In this document: positions 31,604 through 32,000 of the stretch, in pieces
Layout: each line of letters begins with the position of its first letter
How positions within the stretch are numbered: the stretch's first letter is position 1
Assembly: GCF_000284115.1 (NCBI RefSeq)
Contig: NC_017080.1
Location: forward strand, 3,090,001 to 3,122,000
From: Phycisphaera mikurensis NBRC 102666
GTDB taxonomy: Bacteria > Planctomycetota > Phycisphaerae > Phycisphaerales > Phycisphaeraceae
DNA: 32,000 nt
Direction of reading: 5' to 3'
Program-made: the position numbers and the translations under genes
The notes under the pieces: model-generated
What the model saw: only the letters and a program-made list of their open reading frames with translations
What the model was told of the DNA's origin: nothing
The model's database searches: none

Positions 31604-32000
31604 TCAGGCCCCGCGGTCCTCCGGCCGCGCCAACTCCACCTTGAAGACGACCTTGCGGACGCGCTCGCCGGCGGCCCCCAGGCACGGCGCGTGGACGTCT
31701 TCGGGGAGGAACAGCGCGAACTGGCCCGGGTTCAGGCCGAACCAGACCGCCGATCCCGCCGCCGGCCCCTCGTAGAACGCGACGTCGCGCTCGGGATCGT
31801 GCGGCACCGAGAGGGTGAGGTCGTCCCGGAGCGGGCACCAGCCGAAGCCCTCGCGATCGCCCAGGACCACCTGGATGTCGGCGTAGCGCCGGTGCGCCTC
31901 CCACCGCGCCTCCTCCCGCGGCTTGAGGGGCTGGGTCTGCGGCATCACCAGCAGACGCTCGCCCACGAGGGGGATCGTCCGGTCGCCCTCCGCGACCAGC
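31604..32000 (-). CDS. YhcH/YjgK/YiaL (DUF386, EbgC-like) family protein, 5' end outside the window
   Basis: ARWEAHRRYADIQVVLGDRE ... GQFALFLPEDVHAP ... VRKVVFKV matches the family pattern. The frame stays open to the right window edge (…LVAEGDRTIPLVGERLLV…), so the GTG at 31966 is probably internal. Confidence 0.75.
   Translation of the reverse strand, partial: LVAEGDRTIPLVGERLLVMPQTQPLKPREEARWEAHRRYADIQVVLGDREGFGWCPLRDDLTLSVPHDPERDVAFYEGPAAGSAVWFGLNPGQFALFLPEDVHAPCLGAAGERVRKVVFKVELARPEDRGA

Noticed and set aside
1-32000. Search for tRNA, rRNA, CRISPR arrays, IS elements, integrases and phage genes.
   Set aside because: Intergenic regions are short and none shows a cloverleaf-like sequence, regularly spaced direct repeats or transposase-like ORFs. 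This was a by-eye check only. tRNAscan-SE, Infernal and ISfinder would be needed to be definitive.

Overview
By eye this is a very GC-rich (roughly 70% or more) bacterial chromosomal segment. I call 27 protein-coding genes. I found no rRNA, tRNA, CRISPR array, transposase or integrase. The gene content is a prepilin-type protein with an H-X9-DG tail (DUF1559-like), two PEP-CTERM proteins, pilT/pilC and many envelope proteins. This suggests Planctomycetota or another PVC-group organism, which is inference only.

Gene order:
- A partial VWA protein and a Phd/VapC toxin-antitoxin pair.
- A GntR(YtrA-like)-ABC ATPase-membrane protein operon.
- A 10-kb co-directional minus-strand block: hemB, yidD, UPF0104, pilT, pilC, ybaB, a delta-9-type desaturase, NlpC/P60 and a CHASE-GGDEF-EAL protein.
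- A second UPF0104 paralog, a GAF-(degenerate GGDEF)-EAL protein, a nucleoside-hydrolase-like protein, an SDR, a beta-barrel OMP and a PEP-CTERM-tagged GH5 hydrolase.
- hrpA, then a three-gene envelope cluster (PEP-CTERM protein, prepilin-like H-X9-DG protein, DUF4198-Kelch-Cys/His fusion).
- A small Cys4 ORF and a partial YhcH-family gene.

The most unusual signals are not genes:
1. A 46-nt hairpin repeat, CCGCGGACCG-N26-CGGTCCGCGG, occurs seven times with invariant arms and an invariant 26-nt spacer. One copy carries a compensatory arm change. Copies lie in intergenic regions, at gene 3' ends and inside conserved CDSs.
2. The 465-bp hrpA-downstream intergenic region is densely structured. 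It holds a 142-nt rod-like hairpin whose non-Watson-Crick positions in the arms are mostly U-G on the + strand, then a 35-nt perfect palindrome with a competing upstream half-site. A near-consensus sigma70-type promoter and a roughly 180-nt structured leader follow, feeding the envelope cluster.

All functional calls rest on motif recognition by eye. No database search was run.
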